Assembly (NCBI GenBank): GCA_040772725.1
Contig: JAXGXR010000002.1
Location: 949,223-1,013,222 of the forward strand
Origin: Clostridia bacterium
GTDB lineage: Bacteria > Bacillota > Clostridia > Saccharofermentanales > UBA5734
Direction of reading: 5' to 3'
Length of the DNA stretch: 64,000 nt
Part shown: piece by piece, positions 63,324 through 64,000 of the stretch
How positions within the stretch are numbered: position 1 is the first letter of the stretch
Layout: each line of letters starts with the position of its first letter
Notes under the pieces: model-generated
Databases searched by the model: none
Told to the model about the DNA's origin: nothing
Seen by the model: the letters and a program-made list of their open reading frames with translations, nothing else
Translations under genes and position numbers: made by a program

Positions 63324-64000
63324 TCAGGCTTGAGCCAGCCGCTGTCGTCCGCTTTCCAGGCGACGCAAGGATTCGGCGCGGCCGACAAGGAACAGCACCT
63401 CGATGGCGCCGCCCGGTGTTACTTCCAGTCCGGAAGCGGCGATCCGCAAAGGCCAGAGCATTTGCCCGGTTTTCATGCCAAGCGGCTCGGCCTGTGCCAT
63501 CAGCGTGTCGTGCAGGCTGCTTCGCGACCACTCAGACAGGGACTCCAGCACCGGAATCAGGGCATTCAGCGCGACGCGGGCCGACTCGAGGGTCGATTTG
63601 CTTTTCTTGTTCTCGAACAAGGACAGCGGGTAGTCCTCGATCCGGTCGATGAAGCGCAGCCGCTCCGGGATCTCCGTCAGCCGGCTGATCCGGGGCTTGA
63701 GCATGTCGACGACCAGCAGCTCCCGCTGCTCGTCCCCGAGGACGGACGCAGGCAGGAACGATCGCGCCCGCTCGATGAAGGCCGAAGGATCCAGCGCTTT
63801 GATGTAGGCGGCATTGAACCAGTCCAGCTTGCCGTAGTCGAAGACTGAAGGCGATTTGCTGATGCCCGTGACATCGAAGTCCCGGCACAGCTCCTCGAGA
63901 GAAAACAGTTCGCGATTGTCCTTCGGGCACCAGCCGAGGAGCGCGATGGCATTGACGATGGCCTCCGGCAGGTAGCCCTCGGTGATCAGGTCGTGGTAGC
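63324..64000 (-). CDS. gltX: glutamyl-tRNA synthetase, C-terminal part (runs off the window)
   Basis: The frame is open to the window edge. It reads ...GYLPEAIVNAIALLGW...SKSPSVFDYGKLDWFNAAYIK..., typical of GltX. Confidence 0.8.
   Translation of the reverse strand, partial: YHDLITEGYLPEAIVNAIALLGWCPKDNRELFSLEELCRDFDVTGISKSPSVFDYGKLDWFNAAYIKALDPSAFIERARSFLPASVLGDEQRELLVVDMLKPRISRLTEIPERLRFIDRIEDYPLSLFENKKSKSTLESARVALNALIPVLESLSEWSRSSLHDTLMAQAEPLGMKTGQMLWPLRIAASGLEVTPGGAIEVLFLVGRAESLRRLESGRQRLAQA

Overview
64-kb chromosomal window from a moderately GC-rich, Gram-positive-type anaerobe, judged from AGGAGG-type RBSs, lipobox lipoproteins with Thr/Ala-rich linkers, and glycyl-radical enzymes. 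0-5 kb holds housekeeping genes (glcK, truA, pncB, ppiB, an MFS transporter). 5.2-26.2 kb is a carbohydrate locus with three glycyl-radical enzymes (GREs). One is an orphan that looks like a diol dehydratase. Two look PflD/YbiW-like and each has its own radical-SAM activase. The locus also has a ribose-type ABC importer, two ROK/ASKHA kinase-like proteins, and AraC and DeoR regulators. 26.3-32.2 kb holds a Thr-rich lipoprotein and a translationally coupled operon: WecE-like aminotransferase, polyprenyl-P-type GT2, ATP-grasp ligase, SBP and permease. 32.2-43.8 kb is a sulfur island. It starts with a secreted lipoprotein encoded by three near-identical 819-bp tandem repeats, giving six rhodanese domains that each keep the catalytic Cys. 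It also contains a second rhodanese lipoprotein, a GT-C membrane glycosyltransferase, a CoA-disulfide/persulfide reductase-rhodanese fusion, YeeE/YedE and a TauABC-like importer. 44-49.7 kb holds a DUF2202 ferritin-like protein, a BASS/ACR3-type transporter, glutamate dehydrogenase, a LysR regulator and a coiled-coil membrane protein. 50-54.7 kb holds tRNA-Ala(GGC) next to an IS hot spot. An IS1634-like element with a frameshifted transposase is flanked by perfect 565-bp direct repeats, and one repeat is split by a second rve-type IS with a 5-bp TSD. 54.8-64 kb holds an acyl-CoA synthetase, a membrane thioredoxin / PAP2 / 45-aa CXXC peptide / NapH-like ferredoxin cluster, an acyltransferase, a frameshifted galM, glnS and partial gltX. 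I saw no rRNA, CRISPR array or prophage. All family assignments come from motifs read by eye, not from database searches.
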